A stretch of 24,056 bases of DNA, from the IMG/VR virus record IMGVR_UViG_3300044723_006546, positions 1-24,056 of that record; one strand, 5' to 3'. Positions 8,824 through 17,448 of this stretch are shown piece after piece (position 1 is the stretch's first letter; each line of letters starts with the position of its first letter). The notes beneath the pieces were generated by a model. It was not told the DNA's origin. It searched no databases and saw only the letters and a program-made list of their open reading frames with translations. This DNA comes from a virus. Its lineage: Duplodnaviria; Caudoviricetes. The position numbers and the translations under genes are program-made.

Positions 8824-9877
8824 CAGAGACCATGGTCTTGTCCTTCCCAGGTTAGGTGACTTAGATTTAACTGAGTCGCTGTTTCCTGGTGACATCAACA
8901 TTATGCCTCTGGAGAATGCTTTTTACTCTTACAGGTCTGCAGAGTTTAACAGGGCCTACGATAAGTTTGTAAATCAAATATTGACACAAGTATCTCTTAC
9001 GCCTAATCAACTGGAGATCCTCAGAGCTCAAGGTAACAGAATAAAAAAGACCGCTGCCATTTACTTTGAATCGTGCAACAAACAAGTGGAGCGGATAGAC
9101 TTACCCGATAGTGATTTGTATCCACAATTCGATCAAGACGGCTGTGTTGGTTTCAAGATCAACAAAGATGAATTATACAAACTTCAAGCTGCATGTCAGT
9201 CTGAAATACTTAAACTAAAAAAGCAGCCAGATCGAAAGGCATCTCCTACTAAACATGATTCATATGATCGCATTGCTATACTTGATGAGAATCATCTAGC
9301 ATTTGGTTTAGTTAACAAGCTATTTAAGTTACATGGTGTGTTTGATACTGTATCAAAGTACAATAGAAACAAAACTAATTTAAAACTTGACACCGTTGCT
9401 CTTCACGTTGCGAGGCCAAACGATACTCACCACTATCAAACATTAAGCGATGTGCCAGGAAGTCCAAAGACTATCTCGTTCCACATGGATCCAAAATTTA
9501 ATGTAATGAAGGCTATCCTTTATCTTAGTAACGTATCGTACAGTAATGGTCCTTTCACTACTATTCCTAAATCCAATAGATGGTATCACCCTGAGTTTGA
9601 ACGAATTATTGCTTGTGGTAATAGTGTTGGAAATTATCTTAGCTCACCCGATCATAGAAAGGTAATGTCTATCTTTCCAGATGTAATGACTGGCAACGTC
9701 ATCATGGGTAAGTACTTTAAGAATGGTAGTGACAACTCAAACATCTTACTCAACAACCTGCATAAGTATACAAGCGAAGAAGCAGACTGCATTCTTTTTG
9801 ATCCAGCACAAACCATTCACCGAGGAGGTTTGTGTGATGAAGGTGAGAGAGTTAATCTCCAAATTATAATGAGGTAA
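8804..9877 (+). CDS. 2OG-Fe(II) oxygenase (phytanoyl-CoA dioxygenase-like) with N-terminal extension
   Basis: FHMD (HxD), ILYLSNVSYSNGPF..IPKS, IHRG (distal His), RVNLQI (2OG-binding Arg). Confidence 0.8.
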   Translation: MILSNLNRDHGLVLPRLGDLDLTESLFPGDINIMPLENAFYSYRSAEFNRAYDKFVNQILTQVSLTPNQLEILRAQGNRIKKTAAIYFESCNKQVERIDLPDSDLYPQFDQDGCVGFKINKDELYKLQAACQSEILKLKKQPDRKASPTKHDSYDRIAILDENHLAFGLVNKLFKLHGVFDTVSKYNRNKTNLKLDTVALHVARPNDTHHYQTLSDVPGSPKTISFHMDPKFNVMKAILYLSNVSYSNGPFTTIPKSNRWYHPEFERIIACGNSVGNYLSSPDHRKVMSIFPDVMTGNVIMGKYFKNGSDNSNILLNNLHKYTSEEADCILFDPAQTIHRGGLCDEGERVNLQIIMR

Positions 9878-10581
9878 TGATGTTATCACAACAAGTGCTT
9901 GATAGACGTAAGTGGAGAACCGGACTTTATGATAAGTTGATAACCAGCTCCATCCTTCGTGTACTGCCAGACTATATTCCACCAAACAAGCTAACCATTG
10001 ATGTCGGTGGTAATAGTGGCTACCAAACCTACTTCCATGCCAACTACAATAACGTGGTTACGTACGAGCCAGTACCAGAGCTGTTTGAAGTGTTGCGCTC
10101 CAATCTCAAACACTTAAATAATGTCACACTAATCAATAAAGCGGTTACTGATATGGACCGCAACATTACTCTACACGTTGATGTTAATCGTCTATCAATG
10201 ACAAGTCAAATGCCACTGGTTGAGAGCGAACCGATTACGGTACCTGGTGTATGTCTAGACAATGAGGGTTGGGACAATGTTGGGTTTATCAAGGTCGATG
10301 TAGAAGGATATGAGTTGGATGTGTTGGATGGGTGTAAACAACTTGTTGATCGTGACCGCCCCAATATGATGGTTGAAGTGTATCAGCCTTGGTGTGATAA
10401 GGTTGGGTTTGATAGCGAGCAGATATTTGATTACTTCGACTGCCGTGATTATACAATCAAGTACTATGATAGCGAACAACAAAAGATGGTTAACTGTAAA
10501 GATATAACTGAAGCAGTTAACGCCGTCCATAACCTACATCATCTTCACGATGGTGACTTTTTATTCGTGGCAAACAAATGA
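9877..10581 (+). CDS. FkbM-family methyltransferase
   Basis: IDVGGNSG, YEPVP, INKAV, LD...FIKVDVEGYE..VL.G, MVE. Confidence 0.9.
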   Translation: MMLSQQVLDRRKWRTGLYDKLITSSILRVLPDYIPPNKLTIDVGGNSGYQTYFHANYNNVVTYEPVPELFEVLRSNLKHLNNVTLINKAVTDMDRNITLHVDVNRLSMTSQMPLVESEPITVPGVCLDNEGWDNVGFIKVDVEGYELDVLDGCKQLVDRDRPNMMVEVYQPWCDKVGFDSEQIFDYFDCRDYTIKYYDSEQQKMVNCKDITEAVNAVHNLHHLHDGDFLFVANK

Positions 10582-11237
10582 GTCATTTTTCCTTATCTAA
10601 AAAGTTTATCTTTATCCATGTTCCTAAGACTGGTGGAGTTGCAATGCTCGACTATCTTAAACGCACAAAGGACTTACAACAAGTACAGGACTTGAGAGAT
10701 GAGCTTGGGTTCAGACGTTCTGGTTGGGATGATAACCACTATTACTATAGTACTACAATTAACACCTTAACGGACATCTATGGTGGTGTACATGACTTCC
10801 AAGACTTTACTACTTTTGGTGTAGTACGTAATCCTTTTCAGAGAATGGTATCAATGTATCTTCACAGGTTGCGAAAGCCAAAGTACAATACAGATGCAGA
10901 TCAGAAAGTAGTCAACAGAGGGTTCGAGTATTGGTTATTAAACACTCAGCATAGAGCAGATAAACATATCACGACTAGACCTCAGTTAGACTGGTTTGAT
11001 AGTTGTGTCAATCCTCAAATTATTTGCCAGAGCGAACTAAACACCAAGTGGCTGAAGAAGGTTAGCAACACAGAAACTATGGAAGGATCACTTCCTGTCA
11101 AGCACACAAGTAACAAACCAATAGAAAGTTACGACCACTACCACACTACTGAGACAGTAGACTTTATTGAGGAAGTGTTCGCACGTGATATTGCGTGGGG
11201 TGGTTACAAGTCACCCAAAGTTTTGTATGATGTATGA
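10578..11237 (+). CDS. Sulfotransferase (Sulfotransfer_2-like)
   Basis: FIFIHVPKTGG and VRNPFQRMVSMY PAPS-binding motifs; H...PQ motif. Confidence 0.85.
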   Translation: MSHFSLSKKFIFIHVPKTGGVAMLDYLKRTKDLQQVQDLRDELGFRRSGWDDNHYYYSTTINTLTDIYGGVHDFQDFTTFGVVRNPFQRMVSMYLHRLRKPKYNTDADQKVVNRGFEYWLLNTQHRADKHITTRPQLDWFDSCVNPQIICQSELNTKWLKKVSNTETMEGSLPVKHTSNKPIESYDHYHTTETVDFIEEVFARDIAWGGYKSPKVLYDV

Positions 11238-11605
11238 GCACGGTAGGCAACACTGCTCTACTTCCGTATGGTGTTACGCCATCTGCTCCTCCAATTGAAC
11301 TTCCTAAGGTTCAAGAGTTTAAAGACGATCGAGGACGCAATGCCGAAAAGTACTTTCAGAGTGAGATTGATCAACTAAACGAAAAGTATCAGAAGCTAGT
11401 AAAGCTAGCCAACGATACACAAATGGTGTACAATGCGCAGTACAATTTTGTTCCTAAAGTAGGTACTACCTACTACCTGTATTGGACTGGCAACGATTAC
11501 TTGCTTTCAATTATTGAAAACTGGAAATGGGATAAGCACGAGTTTGTTGGAGCTTATCAACTGACAAGTGATAATGTTTGGGTGAGGAAGAATGGGCCTA
11601 GGTGA
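11234..11605 (+). CDS. Conserved hypothetical protein (DUF2452-like)
   Basis: LPYG..SAPPI N-terminus, coiled coil, VYNAQYNFVPKVGTTYYLY; the family assignment is from memory. Confidence 0.6.
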   Translation: MSTVGNTALLPYGVTPSAPPIELPKVQEFKDDRGRNAEKYFQSEIDQLNEKYQKLVKLANDTQMVYNAQYNFVPKVGTTYYLYWTGNDYLLSIIENWKWDKHEFVGAYQLTSDNVWVRKNGPR

Positions 11606-12410
11606 TGACATGATGTGGCTTGGCGAAGCTGCAGAAGTTCACAAACAAAATCCAGATGCTGTTATTCACGATGGACGAGAGTATAGTCCAATGTGGAAAG
11701 GACATGACTGGGTTGTTGCTCCTGATTATAACGGACCAAAGAAAAAGATAAAGGTACCTAGAAAGCCTGGTGGCAACAGATGGTACATTGAAGGTTGGGG
11801 TCCAGGTAAGATAATTTACAAAGACTACCAACCAAAGCCAGCTCCTTATATCGTTTCTAAGGAAGAGTTAGAAAGGGCTGACGACATCCTCAAACAGTAT
11901 GGTGTTAACAAGCAGTTTGTCATTGTTAATCCAGACACAAAGAACACCACCCTGTCTACTAACAAGGACTGGGGATTCAACCGGTGGCAGGAGCTAACCA
12001 ATCTTCTTAGCGATCGCATCCAGGTTGTTAGAGTAAAACCCGGCAAGTCTGTGAGAGATGTATCTGGCCATGTAGAGTACGGTCAGAAAATGCTTGACAA
12101 TGCGATCAATATAGTGGAAGATGATGTTCGTATTTCATTTGCTATCATGTCTTTAAGCAGCGTCATTGTAACAAGTGAAGGAGGTGTCCATCACCTAGCA
12201 GCTGCATTAAAGATACCAGCTTATGTAATTTACGGTGGAGTAATACATCCAGATCAAACTGGATACACCGGTAGAGATCAGATGTACTACTTTGTTGGAG
12301 ATAAGCCTTGCGGTAGTCAAGTATCATGTAACCATTGTAGAGATGCAATGAATGCAATTAAACCACAAATGATTTATGAAGATGTCCTGGAGGAAATAGA
12401 TGGCATTTGA
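11592..12410 (+). CDS. GT9-like glycosyltransferase (ADP-heptose:LPS heptosyltransferase fold)
   Basis: GLGD at the N-terminus, KDW...W..L, VTSEGGVHHLAAALKIPAYVIYG (cf. DSGxxHLAAAxxxP), C-terminal PC..C..C. Confidence 0.8.
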   Translation: MGLGDDMMWLGEAAEVHKQNPDAVIHDGREYSPMWKGHDWVVAPDYNGPKKKIKVPRKPGGNRWYIEGWGPGKIIYKDYQPKPAPYIVSKEELERADDILKQYGVNKQFVIVNPDTKNTTLSTNKDWGFNRWQELTNLLSDRIQVVRVKPGKSVRDVSGHVEYGQKMLDNAINIVEDDVRISFAIMSLSSVIVTSEGGVHHLAAALKIPAYVIYGGVIHPDQTGYTGRDQMYYFVGDKPCGSQVSCNHCRDAMNAIKPQMIYEDVLEEIDGI

Positions 12411-12636
12411 ATGGAACCGAATCCATAAGTCGGAAGACTATGTTGACAACATTGTGTCTGAAATAGTGTTTGAAAGAGTTACAGAGCACTACGAAATCGA
12501 AGATGTAATTGACCTAACTCAGGAGCAGTTGGAGGAGATAGTATATTTCAGAGAGCATGAGCTTCAAGAATACAGTCCACTGCAGCGAGGGTTCTCTGAT
12601 GTGATTAACAGGTGGGAATCGGAGAACTGGGAATGA
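12400..12636 (+). CDS. Hypothetical acidic phage protein
   Basis: 78 aa, GGAGG SD, overlaps both neighbours. Confidence 0.7.
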   Translation: MAFEWNRIHKSEDYVDNIVSEIVFERVTEHYEIEDVIDLTQEQLEEIVYFREHELQEYSPLQRGFSDVINRWESENWE

Positions 12637-12980
12637 AGCAAGGTAAGGTGTGGGGCGAGACAGAGTTGGTAGCTCTGGTACCAGGTGTACTTGAGTTTCA
12701 TCGTATCGAAGCAAAGAAAGGTGGAGTGTGCAGTAAACATGCTCACCAAAGTAAGACCAATGGTTTCTTTGTAGAGTCTGGTAAGTTGCTGATTCGAGAA
12801 TGGCAGAATCGGTACGACCTAGTTGATGAGACTATCTTAGAGGCCGGTGACTATTGTATTGTACCGCCAGGTGTCTTCCATCAGTTTGAGGTCCTGGAAG
12901 ATTGCATAGCATTTGAGCTTTACTATGCTGAGCTTATCGGGGATGATATTGTTAGAGAAAGTGTGGGGTTCAAGCAATGA
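12633..12980 (+). CDS. Cupin protein (mannose-6-phosphate isomerase / sugar isomerase-like)
   Basis: KVWG, CSKHAHQSK..F.VESG, LEAGD...VPPGVFHQF cupin motifs; start at ATG 12633 (ATGA overlap). Confidence 0.8.
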   Translation: MKQGKVWGETELVALVPGVLEFHRIEAKKGGVCSKHAHQSKTNGFFVESGKLLIREWQNRYDLVDETILEAGDYCIVPPGVFHQFEVLEDCIAFELYYAELIGDDIVRESVGFKQ

Positions 12981-13201
12981 TCACTATCTATTCACGACCA
13001 GGTTGTAAGTGGTGTGAGACATCTAAGTCTATTTTAGAGTTAAAAGGTATTGAGTACAATGAACTCATGCTTGATGTAGACATTACAGTAGAGCAGCTTA
13101 AAGAGTTAGTACCTGGTGCTAAATCAGTTCCACAGATAATGGACGATAACATCTACGTTGGTGGATACAAAGAGCTAGTTGAATACTTAGATAGAAAATG
13201 A
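12977..13201 (+). CDS. Glutaredoxin (probable RNR reductant)
   Basis: IYSRPGCKWC, SVPQI, VGGY. Confidence 0.95.
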   Translation: MITIYSRPGCKWCETSKSILELKGIEYNELMLDVDITVEQLKELVPGAKSVPQIMDDNIYVGGYKELVEYLDRK

Positions 13202-13968
13202 AAATTGGTATTATTGGTTATGGACAAGTCGGCCAGGCAACTCATGAGTTGTTTCCTGATGCTCAAATATATGACAAGTTTATACCCGAATTCCAAAAAC
13301 CTCTTAATGCAGCAATAGACATAGCTTTCCTAGCAGTACCCACTCCGTGGAATGGTAACGAGCTAGATTGCTCTGCTGTTGAAGACGCCATATCAGAAGT
13401 AACCTGTGACTTCTTTGTGATTCGTAGTGCCACCTATCCAGGTTTCGCCGATGAAATGTCCAGGAAGTATAGTATAAAAATTGTTGTACAGCCTGAGCAT
13501 ATGGGTGAGACACCTAATCATCCTATGTCCGTTTTTTCAGACAGACAGTTTATGATTCTTGGTGGAGAGCCGAAGGACAGGAGAAAAGTGATTGAATGCT
13601 ATTCATCTGTATACAACTCTAACATTACCATAAGACAAATGTCTGCTAAAGAGGCTGAGTTTGTAAAGCTATCAGAGAATAGAGCAATCTTTTGGAAAGT
13701 AATGCAATGCCAGGAATTGTATGATGCTTGTGAGGCCGCTGGTATTGATTATTACTCTGTGCGAGAGGCAGTATATGGTGATGACCCAAGACTTGACCTT
13801 TGGTTTAGTTTTGTGTACCCTGACAATAGAGGAGCTAACAGTAAGTGCATTCCAAAAGACGTATATGCGTGGAATCATTTTTGTGAGAGCAACGGACTAG
13901 ATGCTTTTGCTACAAAGCAGTTACTTGAATATAATCAAACACTAGTGAGCAATAAAGATGAGTACTAA
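13198..13968 (+). CDS. Divergent UDP-glucose/GDP-mannose dehydrogenase family protein lacking the C-terminal domain
   Basis: GIIGYGQVG Rossmann motif, LAVPTP, IRSAT, QPE, EAEFVKLSEN (catalytic Lys), SKCIPKD (catalytic Cys); only 256 aa. Confidence 0.8.
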   Translation: MKIGIIGYGQVGQATHELFPDAQIYDKFIPEFQKPLNAAIDIAFLAVPTPWNGNELDCSAVEDAISEVTCDFFVIRSATYPGFADEMSRKYSIKIVVQPEHMGETPNHPMSVFSDRQFMILGGEPKDRRKVIECYSSVYNSNITIRQMSAKEAEFVKLSENRAIFWKVMQCQELYDACEAAGIDYYSVREAVYGDDPRLDLWFSFVYPDNRGANSKCIPKDVYAWNHFCESNGLDAFATKQLLEYNQTLVSNKDEY

Positions 13969-14968
13969 GTTAAAGATAATTGACGATACACCCAAGATGG
14001 AACCAGAAGGAGATGAATTTTCTTTTAGTGGTGTGACAACGGATGAACTATCTAAGAATGCAATGGGTGGTACCGAGATGATGAAGCACGGTCTGTATGA
14101 TCGTCTCGACCCTGAGCTAAGAGACAAGGTGCAGATTATTTGTAGTCGTGTGCGAGACGTTGATAATGACCGACCTACTATCTTATGGCTGCACGATATG
14201 TTTAATGATCCTGAGTCACAGCATCTTGCTGATGAGGACAGTCGCAAGAGATTCAAAAAGCTGGTGTTCGTATCCAACTTTCAAAAGACTCAGTATGAGC
14301 TCGCCTATGGACTCAAGCCCAGCGAGTATGTAATCTTAAAGAACTGTATTGAACCAATCGAACAGCACACTAAGCCTTTAGCGTCCGATGAAATCAATTT
14401 AATCTACCACACAACACCACACCGTGGCTTAGATATTCTAGTTCCTGTGTTTATTGAATTATGTAAGCACCATGACAATCTTACTTTAGATGTTTATTCG
14501 AGTTTCGACATCTATGGTTGGGGTCAACGAGATGCAGACTACGAACATTTATTCGAACAATGCAGAGAGCATCCAAAAATAAATTACCACGGCTATCAAC
14601 CAAACGAGGTAGTTCGAGAAGCACTGAAGAAAGCACATATTTTCGCATTTCCTTCTATCTGGCCAGAGACATCGTGTATAGCAGCAATGGAAGCAATGTC
14701 TGCTAGATGTGCAGTTGTTGCTCCAGACTTTGCTGCATTGCCCGAGACACTTGCTGGGTTTGGTATTACCTATGGAATGCACGAAGATGTAAATATCCAC
14801 GCTAACATTTTCCTGCAAGTGTTAAATCAAACTATTCAACAGATGAATACAGACTCAATGGATAATCGACTAGACTTTCAAAAAGCCTATGTCGATGGAT
14901 TCTATACTTGGCAGTCGAGGATACAGCAGTGGGACTCATTAATTAGAAGTCTGCTTCCTAAGAGTTGA
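13958..14968 (+). CDS. GT4-like (GT-B) glycosyltransferase
   Basis: MGGTE, WLHD, VFVS, TPHRGL, FPSIWPETSCIAAMEAM (EX7E), AALPET. Confidence 0.9.
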   Translation: MSTKLKIIDDTPKMEPEGDEFSFSGVTTDELSKNAMGGTEMMKHGLYDRLDPELRDKVQIICSRVRDVDNDRPTILWLHDMFNDPESQHLADEDSRKRFKKLVFVSNFQKTQYELAYGLKPSEYVILKNCIEPIEQHTKPLASDEINLIYHTTPHRGLDILVPVFIELCKHHDNLTLDVYSSFDIYGWGQRDADYEHLFEQCREHPKINYHGYQPNEVVREALKKAHIFAFPSIWPETSCIAAMEAMSARCAVVAPDFAALPETLAGFGITYGMHEDVNIHANIFLQVLNQTIQQMNTDSMDNRLDFQKAYVDGFYTWQSRIQQWDSLIRSLLPKS

Positions 14969-14974
14969 TAAATA
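14967..14974 (+). promoter_or_regulatory. Possible T4-type late promoter variant (GATAAATA)
   Basis: 7/8 match to TATAAATA at a gene junction, just before ATG 14980. Confidence 0.35.
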
Positions 14975-14979
14975 TGTTA

Positions 14980-15291
14980 ATGGGCAATGTAATACAGTTT
15001 CCAGGAACTAGAACTGAGCCAGTTCAACAGCAGGTTGATGATTTCTATGAGAAGGAGTTGTCTAAAGCCTTTATTGAAGATTTTGTTGATAAAATTGGCC
15101 ACGGTTTAGTTAACGAACTTCACAACAACGGATACGACGTTGATGATGAAGAGTTTATCGTGCGGTACATGTATTCATTAGAGATTATAAAGTCCGTGCT
15201 ATATAATAGTAAAGACATTGACCACATACTTACTAACACGGTTGGTAAGCAAGCACGAAAGTATTTTGAAAATGAAGTGAATGAGCAATGA
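14980..15291 (+). CDS. Hypothetical phage protein
   Basis: MGNVIQFP N-terminus typical of phage proteins; start could be 14974 or 14980. Confidence 0.7.
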   Translation: MGNVIQFPGTRTEPVQQQVDDFYEKELSKAFIEDFVDKIGHGLVNELHNNGYDVDDEEFIVRYMYSLEIIKSVLYNSKDIDHILTNTVGKQARKYFENEVNEQ

Positions 15292-15728
15292 ATGAATCTA
15301 TCTATGAAACCCTCCTCAAAGTAGCTAAACTCGATGGTAACAAAGCAAGGTCTGAAGCATTATCAGTTTATCAGAACGACTTTCCAATAAAAGTTATTCT
15401 TGATCTTGTTTACAATCCAAACATTAAGTTTCTACTTCCAGAGACCGATCCTCCTTTTACTCCTGTTGATCCAGGTATTGACGCACAGAATGTGCTCAAG
15501 GCAGACATCCGTCGTTTAAAGTATTGTCTAAACATTCCAGACGGAGAACAGCTTCGTCCTCACAAACGTGAGCTAATGTTTATTCAAATGCTTGAAGCAA
15601 TTGATGCTAACGATGCTAAACTTCTTTTAGCTGTTAAGAATAAGAAGTTGCCACCTGAGCTCAAAGATATAACAGAGAGTGTAGTTAGAAAGGCGTTCCC
15701 TGGGATTGAAGAGAAATGGAAAAAGTAG
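15288..15728 (+). CDS. Conserved T4-like phage hypothetical protein (DUF6433-like)
   Basis: FLLPETDPPF, KRELMFIQMLE..D.KLL..VK.KKL, V.KAFP pattern; the family name is from memory. Confidence 0.65.
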   Translation: MNESIYETLLKVAKLDGNKARSEALSVYQNDFPIKVILDLVYNPNIKFLLPETDPPFTPVDPGIDAQNVLKADIRRLKYCLNIPDGEQLRPHKRELMFIQMLEAIDANDAKLLLAVKNKKLPPELKDITESVVRKAFPGIEEKWKK

Positions 15729-16333
15729 CATTTATTATTGGTAATGGTCCAAGCAGAAAGAAGTTCGATCTAACAAATCTAAAGGGTAACGGTACAATAT
15801 ACGGGTGCAATGCCTTGTATAGAGATTACCCTGAGCTCATCGACTACTTGGTATCAATTGACCCTCCTATTATCGAAGAGATAACTGCAAGTGATTTTCC
15901 AAAGGAAAAGTTTATTGTGCCTCCATTGGAAGAGCAGTTTGAGGATCCTCAGTATAACCAGTATCAGCGTTTTAGATCCAATGCTGGTGTCAATGCCATG
16001 CTGGAAGCAATAAAAGCGGGACACAACGTTTTATACTGCTTAGGATTCGACTTTATGATCAAGTCTCCAAAGGTATCGTTAGGTAATCTTTATGATGGTA
16101 CTAACGCATACGGCCCTGAGACGCGTTCTAGGTACAATGATAATCTAAATAGAGTAAAGTACATGCAGTTTATAGCTCATAAGTACAATAAGGTAAAATT
16201 TAAGTTTGTCGTTCCTAGATTCGGCAACAAGGATGAGTACCATAACTTGAATGCAAAAAATGTGTTTGGTGTGTTCTACGATTCGTTTGAGCAGTCTTTG
16301 CAACAAGATGTTGCGGAGGCCGCTGTAGGATAA
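15716..16333 (+). CDS. Maf/DUF115/sialyltransferase-like Rossmann protein
   Basis: AFIIGNGPSR, YGCNALYRD, DYLVSID, SNAG..A, LYCLGFD. Confidence 0.6.
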   Translation: MEKVAFIIGNGPSRKKFDLTNLKGNGTIYGCNALYRDYPELIDYLVSIDPPIIEEITASDFPKEKFIVPPLEEQFEDPQYNQYQRFRSNAGVNAMLEAIKAGHNVLYCLGFDFMIKSPKVSLGNLYDGTNAYGPETRSRYNDNLNRVKYMQFIAHKYNKVKFKFVVPRFGNKDEYHNLNAKNVFGVFYDSFEQSLQQDVAEAAVG

Positions 16334-16644
16334 TGCCGACCTATACTTTTAAAGATACTTCTACTAATGAGACCTTTGAAGAACTTATGTCCTACGAAGA
16401 GAAGGTTTCATTCCTAAAAGACAATCCTCAATTTACTAGCGTGCTCGATGGCATTAACATCGTGGCAGGGGTAGGTGTGGATTCAAGAATTAAGAATGAT
16501 GATGGATGGAATGAAAATCTACAGCGGATAGCTGAAGCCCATCCTTCTAGTGACTTAGCTAATCGTTATGTTAAAAAGACAGCGAAGGAAGCCAAGACTG
16601 AAAACGCTGTAGCGAAATGGAGGCAAACCCGTCAATTACAATAA
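16333..16644 (+). CDS. Conserved T4-like protein with FmdB-like N-terminus (Cys-less)
   Basis: MPTYTFKD...ETFEELMS; W.ENLQRIAEAHP; directly upstream of phoH. Confidence 0.65.
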   Translation: MPTYTFKDTSTNETFEELMSYEEKVSFLKDNPQFTSVLDGINIVAGVGVDSRIKNDDGWNENLQRIAEAHPSSDLANRYVKKTAKEAKTENAVAKWRQTRQLQ

Positions 16645-16659
16645 CAACTAGGAGTTACA

Positions 16660-17448
16660 ATGTCCGATCTCGGTTTAGCTTATCAAGAGTACGATTTTTA
16701 CGAAGAATTATTCGAAAAGCCTAAAAGGATAAAAAGAAAGAAAGAACCGATTCAAAAGTTTCAACTTAATTTAAGGATGGTACCGGCAAGAACAACTAAC
16801 CAGCAAACAGCATACGATTACTTTGAGCAGGAAGAACACTTAATTCTTCACGGACTTGCTGGCACTGGCAAAACCTTTATTACATTGTACCTCGCACTAA
16901 AAAGATTATTTGAACCAAACTGCTACCAAGACAAGATAGTAATAGTAAGATCAGTAGTACCTACCAGAGAGATGGGTTTCCTTCCTGGTAGCGAAAGAGA
17001 AAAAATGAAAACCTATGAAGCTCCCTATCAAGCAATGTGTAATGATTTGTTTGGCAGAGGAGACGCCTACGAGATCCTCAAAGCTAAGAATCAAATAGAA
17101 TTCATTAGCACTTCGTTCATTAGAGGTACAACGATGGACGATTGTATTATTATTGTTGACGAAGCTCAGAACTTGACCTTTCACGAGTTAGACAGTATAA
17201 TTACAAGAGTAGGAGTAAACAGTCAGATTGTATTCTGTGGTGATGTCGGTCAAACCGATCTTGACAAGCCCTGGGACAAATGTGGTCTAGATCAGTTTAT
17301 GGATATATTGAATCACGTAGATGGATTTAAGAAAGTTGAATTTAGTTATGATGACATTGTTCGATCTGGACTTGTGCGTGACTATTTAATTGCTAAAGAT
17401 GGTTACTTGAATGACACACTTCACTCACGCTCCTCGTCCAGACATTAA
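16660..17448 (+). CDS. phoH: PhoH-family ATPase
   Basis: GLAGTGKT Walker A, RSVV, GFLPG, FIRGTT, IIVDEAQN, TRVG, GDVGQTD, DIVRSGLV; AGGAG SD. Confidence 0.97.
   Translation: MSDLGLAYQEYDFYEELFEKPKRIKRKKEPIQKFQLNLRMVPARTTNQQTAYDYFEQEEHLILHGLAGTGKTFITLYLALKRLFEPNCYQDKIVIVRSVVPTREMGFLPGSEREKMKTYEAPYQAMCNDLFGRGDAYEILKAKNQIEFISTSFIRGTTMDDCIIIVDEAQNLTFHELDSIITRVGVNSQIVFCGDVGQTDLDKPWDKCGLDQFMDILNHVDGFKKVEFSYDDIVRSGLVRDYLIAKDGYLNDTLHSRSSSRH
17173..17201 (+). promoter_or_regulatory. Candidate internal sigma70-type promoter TTGACC-N17-TATAAT inside phoH
   Basis: TTGACC 17173-17178, 17-nt spacer, perfect TATAAT 17196-17201; about 210 nt upstream of the exonuclease start. Confidence 0.45.

Noticed and set aside
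13793-13821. TTGACC-N17-TACCCT inside the dehydrogenase gene
   Set aside because: Poor -10 match, intragenic, lacks the preceding G of the intergenic copies.
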